Assembly (NCBI GenBank): GCA_032718475.1 | Contig: JAUCBJ010002425.1 | Span: forward strand, 20,604-84,603 | Length of the DNA: 64,000 nt | Source: Nemertoderma westbladi | Taxonomy: Eukaryota > Animalia > Xenacoelomorpha | Direction: 5' to 3' | Shown here: positions 1 through 14,364 of the stretch, piece after piece | Layout: each line of letters opens with the position of its first letter | Numbering within the stretch: position 1 is the first letter of the stretch | Translations under genes and position numbers: made by a program | Notes under the pieces: generated by a model | Database searches by the model: none | The model's input: the letters and a program-made list of their open reading frames with translations, nothing else | What the model was told of the DNA's origin: nothing

Positions 1-15
1 TCTATTCCGTGAAAA

Positions 16-681
16 ATGTCTCTGGATCACCCCAGTGCCAGAATGATGAACCACGTTCCAAGGTTCGAGGATGTCAACAGTTACTCCGTCCGCCAATCAT
101 TCAAACAACCTTTCCGGCCGAATTCCCGCCCCAACAGAATGACGCATGTCATCCGACATCCCAAAGACTACCTCCGCAAACCCACATATTGTCGCAACAA
201 ACCCACTCAGAAATTCAATAACCCTCTGTGGTACCTTGGATACGCCGGAAAAACAATGGCAAAACCCACGGCGCGATCTACCGACGTGGTTCTCTCTGAA
301 ATACTCGGGGCGGATCGCAATAAACACAAATACTCGGATGCTTGGAAGCTGTTAGGAGAAAAGAGACCCCGCAACCGTCATTATAAGAGATCGCCGCGTC
401 CACAGTGGACTGGATTCCAGGAAAACATAAATCCCAAACGAGAAGCTACGAAACGGCCTCCCGAACTGCCCCATATTTGTTCCCCGAAAGTTAAATATCG
501 TAGGTACAATACGGGGTTGCCAGTGGCTGTACGAAACTATACAACGGATGGATTCGAGAGCGCCCCGACGTGGATGTGTATGGAACCCGCTGAGAAGGCG
601 GGGGATAATGTGTCGCAATGGCAGAAAACCAGAACTCGTATTCATTTTACGAAGCCATTCGACCCAATTGAAGAACTTTAG
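16..681 (+). CDS. Uncharacterised basic, Pro/Arg/Tyr-rich 221-aa protein (intronless ORF, convergent with RFX4)
   Basis: Long ORF in a locally GC-richer block followed by an AT-rich 3' UTR-like tract; an in-frame stop at 10-12 precedes the ATG. No recognisable domain. Confidence 0.55.
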   Translation: MSLDHPSARMMNHVPRFEDVNSYSVRQSFKQPFRPNSRPNRMTHVIRHPKDYLRKPTYCRNKPTQKFNNPLWYLGYAGKTMAKPTARSTDVVLSEILGADRNKHKYSDAWKLLGEKRPRNRHYKRSPRPQWTGFQENINPKREATKRPPELPHICSPKVKYRRYNTGLPVAVRNYTTDGFESAPTWMCMEPAEKAGDNVSQWQKTRTRIHFTKPFDPIEEL

Positions 682-1230
682 ATCACAGATTTGCATTTAC
701 ATTTATATTACTCTCAGTTTGAATTCTCATTTCAAGTCAATCTTAATGACTTGTAGCCCATTATATTAATACTAAAGTAACTGTAATTATTTTAGTCTGC
801 AGTAATCCTATCACCAAATTATACGTTCGGTACATTTACTATAATTTCTGTTTCGTCTTATAATTCTGACTGAAATTAACGAAAAAAACAAATAATCACC
901 ATATTTTTGTGATCTGCAGTTCTATATTTTACGCTGTACGTACATTTGTCAGGCAGGATACATCCGTATACAGTATAGTTTTACTTATTCAAGGGGACAG
1001 TACCAAACTGTATATATAATTAATGGCCTATTTTATTTCTGTTTGATATTATAAATATTATATTGCTACAGTATGACTCACCCAGGAGTACCCGTTTGTC
1101 TCATCTGCCTGTTCACACCTTGGTCTGGCGTCGCCACTGCTGAACCCCCTTGTTGCATCACGTAATTGAAGTAAGCGCTTTGGTACCCTAGAAAAAATAT
1201 TTATTCATTTACATTCCAATTATAATTATA

Positions 1231-1460
1231 CTTGTGGGGCGAGCCACGAAATTAAAGAGCTTAGCATAAGGGTAGGCCTACCAAATACTATCTCAACCTC
1301 GTCACTGTCTGACGGTCGGTCGGTGTGTCTGTAGGTCTAATCTTTGAAAGCTGATTTATCAGGAACTCTCCTCTTTCTTAAACTAAAACTTGGTTTAGAA
1401 AGTTTACATACAGACAGACTTCTACAGTTCGTCTGTCGGCCGCTAGGGGGCTAACATTCC
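1231..1460 (+). mobile_element. Truncated copy of Helentron/HINE (DINE-1)-like repeat family starting TGTGGGGCGAGCCACGA
   Basis: Same 5' motif at 13371 and (reverse) at ~41770-41785; internal GTCTGTCGGCCGCTAGGGGGCTAACAT matches the reverse complement of 40105-40132. Confidence 0.45.
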
Positions 1461-1479
1461 TTTAGTTGTATTCCGTTCA

Positions 1480-2092
1480 AGCTGAAACGTGGCATATACA
1501 GTACTACTGCTGCTCTAAACTCTAAATAATCGCATCTTACATTTCCGATGAATTCTATGTGACTTCCAAATCCTGGAAAGCCTATTCAAGGCTACCCATG
1601 CCTTTCCCTTACGTATTCGAAGGTCCTCACCTGACTTCCGGATCCATGATCCCAGGTAACAGAAGTCGTCCACATGCTCAAGCATACCATCCTTTGAGCT
1701 TATGCTCATCCGGTCAGAGACTTGGTGACTTGGTTAACTGTCAAATCTTTGGTCTTTTTGGAGTTAATAAAAAGACCAAAACTGGAAGCAGCCTGTTCTA
1801 ATAAGCTGAGGAGCCGTTGGGCTCCCTCTAGTGATTCTGAGAGTACTCCTAAGTCATGAAGCAAAGTCTAGATCAGTTCGGTAATTGGCGGGATTTCCTC
1901 GACTTCTGGAGCCAGTAGGTGGAGTTACCATCGCCTTATCATCATTGTGATGATCTAAGGACATGCGTAGAATATAGTCAACCACAATTATGAACAAGAA
2001 TGGCGCAAGTGTGTCTCCCTGGATGACTCTCCATAACACTTCAAATGGTTCTGTGTCACCGTCAACAGTAGACACAAATGTTGCCGACATTT
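1480..2092 (-). pseudogene. Decayed non-LTR retrotransposon (RTE-like LINE) reverse transcriptase fragment
   Basis: Frameshifted pieces read DGDTEPFEV..VIQGDTLAPFLFIIVVDYILR..TDLDFA and VDDFCYLGSWI..RKGKAWVALNRLSRIWKS..KMRLFR, the typical RT motifs (QGD-x-LSP, xADD region, YLG) of RTE-clade LINEs. Confidence 0.85.
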
Positions 2093-3575
2093 GAACTGTG
2101 CACTAGGTTTAACACCCCTGTGAGCCGATCTTAAGAGTTAAATATAAAGGTAAGGTGGTAGTCTATTAGATATCATGGATTCCATTCTCTCCCAGTCAAG
2201 CTATATAGCTATTCAACTTAACGCTTCTTCGTAAAGCTTTGAGAGTATTTTATCAAGGTCTGTTAAATTTACGTTATTTGTAAGCCTGCTTATTTATTAT
2301 ATTGCTTCACAACCCTAAGTTTCAGTCAAATGGCGTCTGGCTGCTGCATCCACTATCGAAGATGTCGTTGTAATTTCAAGAAATCTAAGTCAAATTTGAG
2401 ATCAAAGAGATTACATTGACCTTATATTGGGTATCGCCATATGTCTGGGGTCTTTGAACTGTACATACCCAGCAGCTAAAACGTATCTAAACTTTGCTCC
2501 AGTTATAACCACCGGACTAATTCCATTGTCATTAGCTGGAGACCCCCCGCCAACTCTCTATTATTATTGTCATCAACTGTTGCTTCTCATTGTCCGTGAA
2601 GGGGTTGGCACAGGGCCACAACTGTTACAACCCTAATCCCATTCGCTATTGTTGCAATCCGAGAAGGTATGACGATTTACCGGGCTGTTTAACTAACTGG
2701 AAATCGGAGGGATTAATTCATGCAGTTAATGAGTGCTGCTTTGTTCGATTAATATACCGGTCGGTACCAGCCGACCGTTCCGTTTCGTTTCAACACCTTT
2801 TCGCCTCCGGTCTCTTCTAATGCCCCTCACAAATATTTAAGAAAAGGAATGTATTTAACATTTCAGTTACAGTGCTTCACCACACCTACGTTAAATTTAA
2901 TTTTGAATATAAAAATTCTACAGTTTATAATTTGAATTTACATTTTAATTATATATTTGATATAAGTTTTATTTATTTCAGTTACATTTTAAAACTGATT
3001 GGTAATTAATGTCTCCATCATCATTGCCTTATATTTTCAATTCATTGCAAATGTATATCTTCAAGCAAGATCTTCACCGGTATGCAATTAACCCAAATCC
3101 TGATAGCGACAGCCTTCAAAGCATCATTCTGAACTCTATTGCCAGATTTAACTTATTCCCATCCCCAACTCGCTGTCCATCTGTGTATATAGTACCTACA
3201 GCTACAATACAGATTATATTTTATCAAACTGTGTTGGTCTATAGGGATATTTTAGTTCATTTTATTTTAAAGACTATCTACAGGGCCCAGATAGGGGGGC
3301 TTTCGACGCATAAAAATTCATCCTTCTCCAGGGGAAATTCGACGCAAATAAAAGCTGATTACTCTCAAAAATAAAACTGTAACCTGTTCCATTGTGTTTA
3401 TTTTATTGTTTTGGTTAAAATAACGTGCCACTGTAACCTGCTCCTTTCCCTGAATTGAGAATTTAACATTGAGACGGGATATTAATTTGCCAAGATGGGA
3501 TTTGCGTCCAGTCCCCCCCCCCCCCCCCCTGTCTCACTGGGCATTAATCGAATTAGTAAAGTTATATATTGCATC

Positions 3576-6500
3576 TCATTGCGTGAATTTTTCAGGCTGT
3601 ATCTTACCGGGATTGGTCGGCCATTTCGTTTCGTGAAACTGCGGTGAAGTCGGATAGACAGATCGCGGAGTCCGTCGGTTGGAATCTTTGGGAGTCGTTC
3701 GTAAAACGTTGTCATGGTAATCTAAATAAATAGCAACAAGTTTAGGTCGCATAGTTACTGGAAATTGTGCAATCTGTGAATCTAACATGAAGCCTGATTG
3801 TATATAGTAGCGTAATATTATACAAAATGTTATAAACACACTAAGAGAACATAGAAAACGCAAACCACTTAACGAACCACTTTTTTAGCGGGACTTATGT
3901 AGTTGAAAAAAAATAATCAATATTCTATCCATGGGTATATAACAATAGAATCCAGATTAAGGTCCTTCAAGACCTGTAATATTTATTAATATCAGGTCAT
4001 GGTCCCATCACATACGGTATTACTTTACTAACCTGTTCTCGAAAGTTCGCCATTAATTAACTTAAACAGTTCCTCGGTTCGTTCTTGAGAGTTGATTGAC
4101 TCAACAATGTATTGGATATAATCGTCGCACATTAAATGAATTAAATGAAACGAACCTAAATATAAACAAAAGTAAAATTAAAATGGTAGACATGCAGAAA
4201 TATAATAACAATCATTGTGATTTATATATTTTATACTTCTTATTTTAATTTGAAATTTAACGAATAATAACTTACCAAAACTCGCGGCTCCTTGGAGAGT
4301 TAGATCGCGTATAATTCTCGTCCCGAAACAAGACCATATGAGTAGGAACTGTCTAGTAATGTGTCTGCACCTGTTGGGTGTTTCGTAACTGGGGTCCTTC
4401 ACACATCTCTGCACCATTGAGTCCATCCATTCTATATAAGCGTCCATGGAACCTTTGCTTTGGAGAATATCCTCAAACTCATTGCACACTGTAAGGAACA
4501 CAAATTGTTAGTTCAATTATTCCTGATATATTTTACGAACTTGAATGTACCTTTAAGGGCTGAAACTCTTAATCGCATAAAAGCTTTAAATATAACAGAG
4601 ATGAGGCTACTGTAGCATGCATAATATAAATTCACACGTACTTAACGCGCTCCAAATAAAATTATACCATATTATTATCATTTTGAAATTAAAGTTTCAC
4701 TAACATTGTGATTGGCAAATTGTTAGATTATGAAATTATTAAATTTAATGAGATCAAATAGTATGAAAATTTTCACTATTAAAGAGCCTCGTTTCTTTAT
4801 GTAAATTTCCTTCAGTGCTCGAGTGGTTCATATCGCCGAAAAGTGATTGTTTTCATGGAAAGGTTTTAATAGTTATTAAATCTGTCAACATAAATTATTT
4901 TAAATTTAAAATTAGTTGAAGAAGATGGGTATAATACTTACATGCAATAAGTAAATCATAGTAATTCTGTTTGCAGCAATCCATACTGTATAAAGTCTGT
5001 CTGATTATTGAATTTAAATCGATTGTCTGCCAATCATCCAACATCTTTGAGGTCATATCATTGGAACCGATTACCGTTTTCGAAGCTTGGCACAAGTGAT
5101 TCAGGGAGAGTTGTCGCTTGAGAACTTGAGAGAAACGATGGGCCACTGCGCGAAATACGATAAAATTATAAAATAAAATAAAGTTATATTATTTAAGTAA
5201 TAAATAAACTCCGAAGGAGAAAAATAAAAAAAATAGCCAGTGATACCTTACACATAGGTAGTTCTCACATACAAGTACAAAATCAAATCAAAATCAAATC
5301 AAACAAATCTTTGACATGATCTGATCATATATATAAATGAGAAAGCTGGAGGAAATGTGTATAATATAAATAAGCTTACAATCAAATTTCATAACTCGTA
5401 GATCGTTGGGTAATCCCTCCATTGATATATCCAGCCAGGAGTTCATAGAGGATGCGAAACCTTTAATTACTTGAATCAGGCTCTCGGGTAAGGGCTGCAT
5501 GATATTGGGCATGAGTACGCCACATATAGCCTGAAAGAACAATAGCAAACGACAATAAGTACGCCACAAGTGCGCTACATATCTTGAAACAACAATAACA
5601 AGTGGATAAAAGTACACACATACATTAAACAGCAAACTACAGAATATAAGGATGCAACATTCACTGTAATAGGCAAGAGGAACGCGGTACAGTAACAGAG
5701 ATGCGTCACAGACAAGCATTTAATTAAAGACCACGATAGTGAAATTATAAAATTAATATACCAGTAACTTCACATTACCTTGTAGAGAATAGAATCACAG
5801 ATGCCCACTAAATGAACAATGATTGGTTTGTGAATAATAGAGTTTACATGGGGCGGCATTCCTTGCCAGAAGTGTAGCAGGAAGTTGTGGACATCGTCGA
5901 AGTTAGCTCGGATAACGGTGTCCAATATCCTCTGACAATGGGTCCGGTACATCATCATAAAGGTGACAACCTAATAAATATTGAATTATTAATTATTTAA
6001 TTGGCGACGGGTTAAATAAAGGAGACCTGGAACGTCTAAACAAGTCTACAAGTACGATGAGAGTACTATAAGAGAACCTACGATTGTTTCAAATATAATA
6101 TTTATTTATATTATTTATTATTTGGTACAATTTAACCTTTGACCGCGGGACATCTTCTGGTAGTTTTAGTTCCTCTACATTGGGGAACTCAGGTAAAAGC
6201 GTTCCGAGTTTAGATCGAGGCGAGTACGTGATGGTTTGTCGGTGGTTCTCTCGTTTATTCATTTCCATAGCCCTGTAAATATTAAATATAATAGTTAATC
6301 GCACAAAGATGATAGGTTATTAAAACATTCCGCCATTTCTACCATACCGATGTGTTGTTAACATTGTTGCGCATAGTAACCGAATCTACGCACCCTTCGT
6401 TCCCTCTTTTGGAGTAAATCAACTCGAAATATTTCGAGTTTTCCCGAATCGCTATTCCGTAGTAGTGGTACTTGGATTGGCCTCGTGTTCCCAATCGCCT

Positions 6501-9500
6501 TGTGGTCAGTTGGGTAAATTGTTGCCTCATAATCTACAAAAAAATATGCCAGTTATCATGGGCTGATATTGTAAAATTAATGCAACTCATATTAGTCGGA
6601 ATGATATATACAAATATATATCTGCGATAAAAGTATTTAAAATATATATGTAAAGAGGACGGAAATTAAATTATGTCGAATCTTAATGTCAATATAAATT
6701 GAAATTGGATTTTAGAAACACAAAAGTCACATATATTCTACCGATTAGATTACGGATTTTAAATTTTTACCAAATTTCTTAAGGAGGATTTTCGACGCAA
6801 TAAAAATACATCCCTAGTTTATTTGGAAGGATTTATTTCTATAGATGCACTGCATTATTAATCATTCAATCATTAAATGATATAACTAAACTGCAGTAAA
6901 AACATACCTTTCCGAAACTGGCAGCATTAACAGGTTGCATGTCTGTTTCTTCGCAATAGTCAAGGTAATGGTAATATAATGTACTTCGCGGAATGCAAAC
7001 ACCATCGCATAACTCGTAGTTCTGGTCTAACCTGAATACAAAAATAAAATCACAGTGAAATTCGATCACGGAATATACATAGAAGCGCTACAAAGTAGCT
7101 CAAGGATCATATTTCATCCTAAGCATTAATTTAATTTAATTAAATATGACCATAATATAATAACTCGATAACTTGAGTTGAGTTCGTTGTATAGGTTAGT
7201 AATTTAGTAAATTTTTGATTGAATCAAATAACAATGACATATTGGCCCGGTAATGGGGTAATAATTAAGACATAGTTTTTTAATCTATTTTTTTGTCGAA
7301 TTCTACGGTCCAAAAAACTGTAAACCAAACCCATGCAAATGAATCGATTTGACGATAATGATATTAAAAATGTTATTTGTGTTTAATGATAGCTATAAAC
7401 CTTACCATTCCAAGGTTAGTGGCGTCGAATGCGGAATGGCTCCGTGCTGTTTTAAACGATTAATTCTCATTTCATCTAAAAAAAATAATAGGAAAAAATT
7501 ACATGTCGGAAGTCATTGCAAGAACCCTCGGTACGAAATAAATTCTGCTGAACTGACAGACATATTTCTACATTCTACCCCGAACCGACCCACTGCTAAT
7601 TCCACTTACTGTCCGTACTTCTACCGAACCGACCCAATTTGACTGACTGTCTCTATTTCATACTTTTTACATACCCAACTCTAGATCGTAGTCGTTAGTA
7701 GAAGAACTGACTTCTCCGTGACTGATGGAACTGCTAGAATTCTCGTTGGAATGGAGGAGAGTGTGGTGGGTTGGGTAGGAGGAATCAGCTGGACTACTGG
7801 TTGGTTCGCCAATCAAAGTTAACGTCGTCGGCTCAGGACATTCTGATTCGCTTGAGTCATCCAAACTGGCCGGTCTGCAGTGGGTCGACTCCATCACAGT
7901 GTTAGAGAATATACCCGTGTCTGGAGGGGTCAACGGACCCAGACAGGTCTGGTTCATTAGACCGGTATGCCTCTCGGCACTTTTCTGATTCCGACTTAAA
8001 CACGACTCTATCCATGACTCTATCAGAGACAATAATAGAAAATAAGATTGTAGTAAGCCATTTACATACATGTGTGTACGATGTACGTATGCATGCGTAC
8101 AGTGCACGCACACAATGATATTGTAAATTGTCACACTTTCAACCATAAACGCAGTCATCGGAATTGCACGTTATGAGTACAACTAAAGCCACGAGCACTA
8201 GTAGTAACACTACCACTATACGATGAGATTGCTGGTGAAAAACAGCATCGAATTAAACTTTTGTTGTACCAGAATATCTCAAATTTTATAATTATGCTTT
8301 TATAGAGCATGCAAGTATAAAAAGGTTTTTTAGGTGTAGGCCCATCTAATATAAAAAAACAAACCAAAGATATTAAAACGTTGAAAATCCGTGATTTAGG
8401 TTAGTGGTATTATACGTGTAAGTAAGGTCCGTCGCCATGATCTCAACTTCTGGATAGTTCTGAAAGAGGACAAATATTACCGAAAGTTATGCGAAGGTTA
8501 TCGAAAAGGTTAAAGTAGGGGTGAAAACTATCCCACCTATCCATTCACTGATAGGGGGAACGTTTCGCACTTTCATCGTTCGATAGCATTCATAAACAAA
8601 ATGATGGGGGTTATAATTCACATAATTGCCGTTTAATTTCAAATACCCTTTCGCGAAATATAAATTATCCAATACACTAAGGGGAAGGGCTCTACTACTG
8701 TACTGCTACAGTGTTATACTTGTTTATTAAACCTGAGCTATGTATTCAGTTACTTAATTACCAGAGGTCCGTACAGCAGTAGGCTACTCTGCGGTCCCTA
8801 CCCTGCTACCATCAGACGCAGACCGGCTACCGTGACCGTCTGAACAGTAGACCGCGTGGCGGCGTATTATAGCATTGAGGATGGCCTATACATTACAAAC
8901 TCTTATAATATTATTAAAGCGAAATTCGATTCGGTAACTGTAATACTGAACCAGTACCAGTACTGCTGCTGCAGTAGCCCAGCCTAGCACTGTATTACTA
9001 CTGTAGTACAACCCTTACTGCTGTACTGTATCAGTGAATGTATATTTCGCGAAGGTTTATTTTGAATTAAACGGGAATTATTAGAATTAGAGTCCATATC
9101 TTTTTTGTTTATGAATACTATCGGAGGCTGAAAGTGCGTAATGTGCCCCTTATCAGTAAATGGATAGCTTTCGCCCCTGTTTTAAGTTTTTCGATAACTT
9201 TTTCATAACTTTCGGTAACTTTCGTTAGCTTTCGCCTTTCGGTAATTGTCCTCTTTCAGAACTATCCTCAACTTCTCCAATGAATAAACTCTCGCAGTCA
9301 AAACTAACGGCGTTAAGTACCGTAATGGTACAATTGAGGGATAAATTACATTTATTAATTACACACAATAATATTAATAATGAATTATAAGAAATTCATA
9401 TTCATATAAATCTAGAGGGATCACTGCTATATCGCCGTGGGGATCAGTCCGTTCACAATAACTTTCCAATGAACTTGAGAACATGGCCAAGCTTGGAGAT

Positions 9501-9948
9501 AGTATATTACGGAAGCCCTGAAGGGCCATGTTGCGCGTTAGAAATGATTGTATATTTTTATGTTTTATTTTTTATTATACGGTTTCAATTTATTGTATGC
9601 GCGCGACGCTTAGAACCACATGTTGTGTAGGCCTATGTGAAATTAGAGGGAAATTTGAAAGCCATTTAGTATCCATTGTATTATTACTGTACTCCTACAG
9701 ACTGCAGTAGCAGTCTATGGAATACAATAATATTAAGTGTTTAGCTGTTGCCTTTTTTGAATTACCCCTCAATTTTGAATTTCTAAACGTTTTCTAAACA
9801 TAACCAAAGTTTGTTGTTCTACATAACCGCATACAAACAATACAACATACGTAGGTCTAACCGTCGCGCACACAGAAGAACTAGTCAAAAATGAGCAATA
9901 TAACTAACCTGTACTCCAGTATTGATGCCTATAATCTCTAGTGGGCAT
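3576..9948 (-). CDS. RFX4: RFX4-like winged-helix transcription factor, 12 coding exons
   Basis: Exons with GT-AG boundaries and consistent phases: 9909-9948 ([13 protein letters not shown]), 7675-8019 (ESWIESCL.., cf. vertebrate RFX4 ESWIERCL), 7406-7475, 6908-7031, 6394-6533, 6137-6272, 5779-5970, 5380-5530, 4942-5145, 4276-4488, 4033-4155, 3576-3721. [58 protein letters not shown]; RFX4-type [59 protein letters not shown]. The last exon may instead splice at 3608 to further exons; an alternative donor exists at 6343. Confidence 0.92.
8452..9267. mobile_element. Non-autonomous TIR element (MULE-like MITE) in RFX4 intron 1
   Basis: TIRs GGATAGTTCTGAAAGAGGACAA.. / ..TTGTCCTCTTTCAGAACTATCC; perfect 9-bp TSD TCAACTTCT at 8443-8451 and 9268-9276. 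Confidence 0.85.
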
Positions 9949-10104
9949 CTTATAATTGATACAATATGAAGATGATTATCAACTTTAAATAATACAGAAG
10001 TTGGAAGCGAAAACAAAAATAATTTTCAGATTAATCGTAGAACAAAATGTGAGCGTAACGTGTATTGCAAATTGCCCTCATTATCTTCCTCAACGGCACT
10101 GAGC

Positions 10105-10170
10105 CATTTCATTGGCTACTGTAGTTGCAAGGAAGCTGTTACTCATTGGCCAAGCGCAGGGCCAATTTGT
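10105..10170 (-). promoter_or_regulatory. CCAAT-box cluster upstream of the RFX4 first coding exon (putative promoter)
   Basis: ATTGG at ~10111 and ~10146 and CCAAT at ~10163, 160-220 bp upstream of the minus-strand ATG at 9948. Confidence 0.4.
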
Positions 10171-13100
10171 AATCTTTGTAAGTTAGGCATCCTTTCATTC
10201 ATGGTGTTCACTGTTAATGCAACCTTCTGGTTGTTAGGGAATCTTGGACGTTTCCGTTTACTTTACATTATTCTGATCAGATCAGTGATGGTGACAGGGA
10301 GAGACACCGCAGTAACGTATTAAAATAATTGTAACTATACTTTTGCGAACGTTGCACTTTTCCTTGCATGGTGCTACAGTGGCGAAAGGTACTGATTACC
10401 GGTACCAGTACTGATGTTGGAGGTACAGCCCACGCCTTATTCCTAAAAGCAGATGGGAAGGAAGTCTCATAAGGAGATTCCAATAATATCAATATCTTCA
10501 TTAAATAATACCCTTCGTTCTTCATGAAATATATGTTCTACTTTCCATGAAAATAACTTACGCAATGGAGTAATCTAAATAAATACCTTTTCACTATACA
10601 CAAAGACTGTATGGTGGATTGGTCTACCCTCCTAAAGTCTAAACAATTTTACTAATAATTTGGCAAAAATGATATTTTGGTATCCTCTGAAAGCTAAAGA
10701 CGAATTCTATCGATTACCAATGATTTTATGGATCTGTAACTCACAAATGAAGTGTGCGTGTCTACATGAATATGATGGCGCTGTTTATACCATGTAAGTT
10801 TAGCTTTATGACGTTGGCTCATTTGACCTGAGAATTTTACATATTTTGACATGCATTTTTAAATATATTTATTCTTGCAGCGCTGGATTTTTGTGTAAAA
10901 TAATTTTTTTGTTATTGTTTTGAAAAAAATAAGCAACAAAGAGGAATTTAGGTAATATGTTTAACTATCAATTATGTTGGAGCAAAGCTTGTACCCTAGA
11001 TATTCTTGTGTGAAAATCTTGGATCGCTACTGCAGTTGAGTATCGCACATAGAGGACCTAGGGCCTACATCGCTTTAGGCCTAAGTAACTTACCTATTTC
11101 TGGAGGCCGCAAGAAAGGCCCAAACAACCATGTGGTTTCAATTACAGAATTTAATTAGGATTTCTAAACCCTCTTGAAGTATTTTTCCAGTTTTTGAATA
11201 GACCCATTTAAGGACAGTAACTAAGGTAACTGAGACGCCTAACCTATACACTGGTTGGTACTGAAGCCACTTGTATCTCAGAAACCCTGTGTGAAGTGGG
11301 GCCACCCTTCCCCTACCCTAGCAGCTACCCGCCATCATTCTATTAACAGTCTCCATAACAATGTTTTGCTAGGGTTCACTCCAGAATCCAATTTGCTCCA
11401 TTGTGATGGGCCCCGCCTTTGTAAGAGCCAGCAGCTCCGGGGCTGTAACAGCATTTGTTTGCCTGTAAGTGGTCATTAACTATAATAAGAAGCCGGTACC
11501 CTTTCCAGATCGGTTGGTTTCGGCCAATTATTAACTCACAGGTCTTTAATAGGATAACCCTGTATTTGAGAAAGTTTCGGATTTCCTTAGCAGCAAAAGT
11601 TACAAAGGTGGAAATTATATGAATAGCTGTATCTGTAACATTTTGTAATGCGATTTATCCTTTATAAGTATAAGTAAAGTACATCACCACGTCCACGTAA
11701 TTTGTATTGCTCAAAACCCATGACAAAGAAAGCGCTCTCATCGGCACTTTCTTTTTGTTTTTCCGGCGTTTGTAATCTCGACTTTGCAAAACTTAGGAGG
11801 AACACATCAAATTGGCTGGACTGGTTTCTACACCTAAACATTCGATCAAGTTGGTTTCCTTGGATTTGTAAACTCTTCAGACGACTTTGCAAGTCTTTGA
11901 AAAAACAAAAAATCACCAAACACCATTTAGGTGAGCATTTTGGTTAAGTATATATTATTTTAACATCACAATCCGCATCTGGGGCATCAAACTTGTTGTT
12001 TCGAATGTGACACATGAAGCATCTTTTTACAGGAAATAGCGAGCGACATCGCAATGGCATGATAGATACAGTACAGTAGTTAGCATTGGAGGTGTACGAC
12101 TTTGTGGTGGCACCTGTGCTTTTATACGATTAAACGACTTTACTGCACATCGTGTAATTATTAAAGTAGCTATGCGTCATCTGTTTCGCAGAAAGCAGGA
12201 TTTACCATCAGGTGATCCAGTGTAATCACTGCGTTGCGTGTAGGTGTTAGTTACAACGCTAAGGGCCATTCAACGATTAAACGATTTTTCTTAATATCAA
12301 GTGGTACCATTTGACAGTGGGGGTTCCAGGTTAGTACAGTAGTAGTGGGATTAAAGGGAGAGCTAAGCTAAACTCCATTGCTGCAGTGATGGTGGCATGT
12401 GTGGAACAGCCAGAAAATCTATTTTTGATGAAAGAGTGTTAGCGGACATTATTCCATTGGAGATGGAGAGTATTCACTCTTAAATTTTAAAATAAATATT
12501 ACAGAGTAAGTACTGTAGTTATTATTGAATAATTAATTGGTTTATTATTATTATATCTACTACTGTATCAGGAACCTTTCACTTACTAATAATTAATTGT
12601 TACTCATTATTGTATTTCATGGGGCGCAATATTATTTCACACTGTAAAATTAAGTTGATATCGTACTTGCTTTCAGTGACTTTGACGATAAATAGATAAT
12701 CGTGTCTGAGAAAGTAAATCCCCGCTAGGTATCGTCGTACGGGACCGAAATATGTTACTTAATTAATCGTTTTTGTTTTTGTATCAGTTACTTAGATGAA
12801 GGGCTGTTAGTCTCACTCAGTATGGTACCGCCACTTTGTTCTAATGTAACATTTATTAGTATTCGCTGCTGGTGCAATTCCGATGTGTCACAGCGACACA
12901 GCGGTAACGAGGAGGAGTCATATTAAACACCCGCCATCAGGTTTTAGTAGATTTGGCACTTCGTGTAAAATATTAGGATATATATAAGCAATATATTTGA
13001 AACTATGTAGATCGGAATGTTGGCAGAGCAAAGCTTCCGAGTGGTGCAAGTCTCTAGCAAAACACGGACAGGCAGATAAACTGTACAAGTGCGAAGTGGG

Positions 13101-14195
13101 TACATACTCTACAGTATTAAAGAGAAATCACTACTACAATGGTGTTGATGGCATCAGGGTTAGTTAGATTTAGTAACACTTTCGACTTTGGTGCCAATTT
13201 TCCAGAAACTGTAGGCTACATACATTTTAGTTATTCCACTATTGACAATCTTTATTGTCTTAGTATAGAGAGGGTACAGTATGGTCAATCTTGCCGTTAC
13301 TGGGTAAAAGGTTTTAATGTACTGTACCTCCCGTGATGATGTTGTTACCTAACATATTGATGTCTCACGCTGTGGGGCGAGCCACGAAGTCAGCGATCCC
13401 TTAACATAGTCAAAGTCTAATTTTTGATCGCTAATAACTCAGTCATTCTTTTGCTGAAATTAAACCAAACTTGGTACGTATGTATGTACTAACAGTAGTC
13501 CGTCAAAAGCTTAGAAAGAATCGGAAGTTTGGTCAAAAATCAGACAGTCTGTCAGTCGCTACCAGTAGTTTTTCAAATTACGACGACAGACAACTCGCCT
13601 GTCTGACAGCGCAACAGCTCCTATATGCTGATAGTAGGCTCTTGTAGCGCCATAGCTTTTACCGTTACATAAAGCAAATGTCAATAGTGCCTAGCAACCA
13701 GTCCAGCTTTGAGTTGAGATACAAATTGGCAATAATACAGGCATTGCTCGGACATTTTGAAAATAATTTTTGTACTGAAGTAGATTTTTCTTAACTTTCC
13801 GATTTGGACTGTGTTTGACCCAACTGGTTATATTTGGAATGTGTTTGAATGTATGCAAAATAATAATAATAATAATACAAAAATTGCCGAGTCGTTATTA
13901 ATTAAGGAAGCGACTTCCCCCTTACTTAATAAATAGTCTGAGTTGGGGGATATATTGCAACTTTGGTATTAAATATCGGCGGGAAATGTAAATTTAACTT
14001 TCTGTGCTTTATTAAATACAGTTTTTCACTAAATAAAATACAAATTCTGTACTGCACTGTGTGTATTGTGTACTGTGTGTACTGTATTGTACTGTACTGT
14101 AATGTATGTAGCCTACAAATTCCAATTATTTTCCTCTGTTTAAAGGCTTATCGCTTAAACTGTGTTACAGTATTCATTTAGATTTAGATTAATTT

Positions 14196-14234
14196 ACACC
14201 TGATGATGAATTACATATTCGAAACGCGTTGTGT
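14196..14234 (+). ncRNA. Minimal type I hammerhead ribozyme (Penelope-like-element/retrozyme type)
   Basis: ACAC-CTGATGA-T-GAAT(TACAT)ATTC-GAAA-CGCG-TT-GTGT: stem I ACAC/GTGT, intact core, stem II GAAT/ATTC, palindromic CGCG stem III, cleavage triplet GUU. Confidence 0.7.
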
Positions 14235-14364
14235 TTTATTATATCAATATGCTTATTAATTTCGTAAAATTTCTTTAGAATTTCTAGCAATAAATATATG
14301 TTCGACAACAATTCTTTTTGTTGCATGGGATTTTGGTCTTTTGGCACTTTTGTCACATTTTTTT

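Noticed and set aside
11662-11947. Short ORFs at 11662-11947 and 21489-21710 as genes
   Set aside because: No recognisable homology or consistent splice partners; could be exons of an unidentified minus-strand gene but unsupported.
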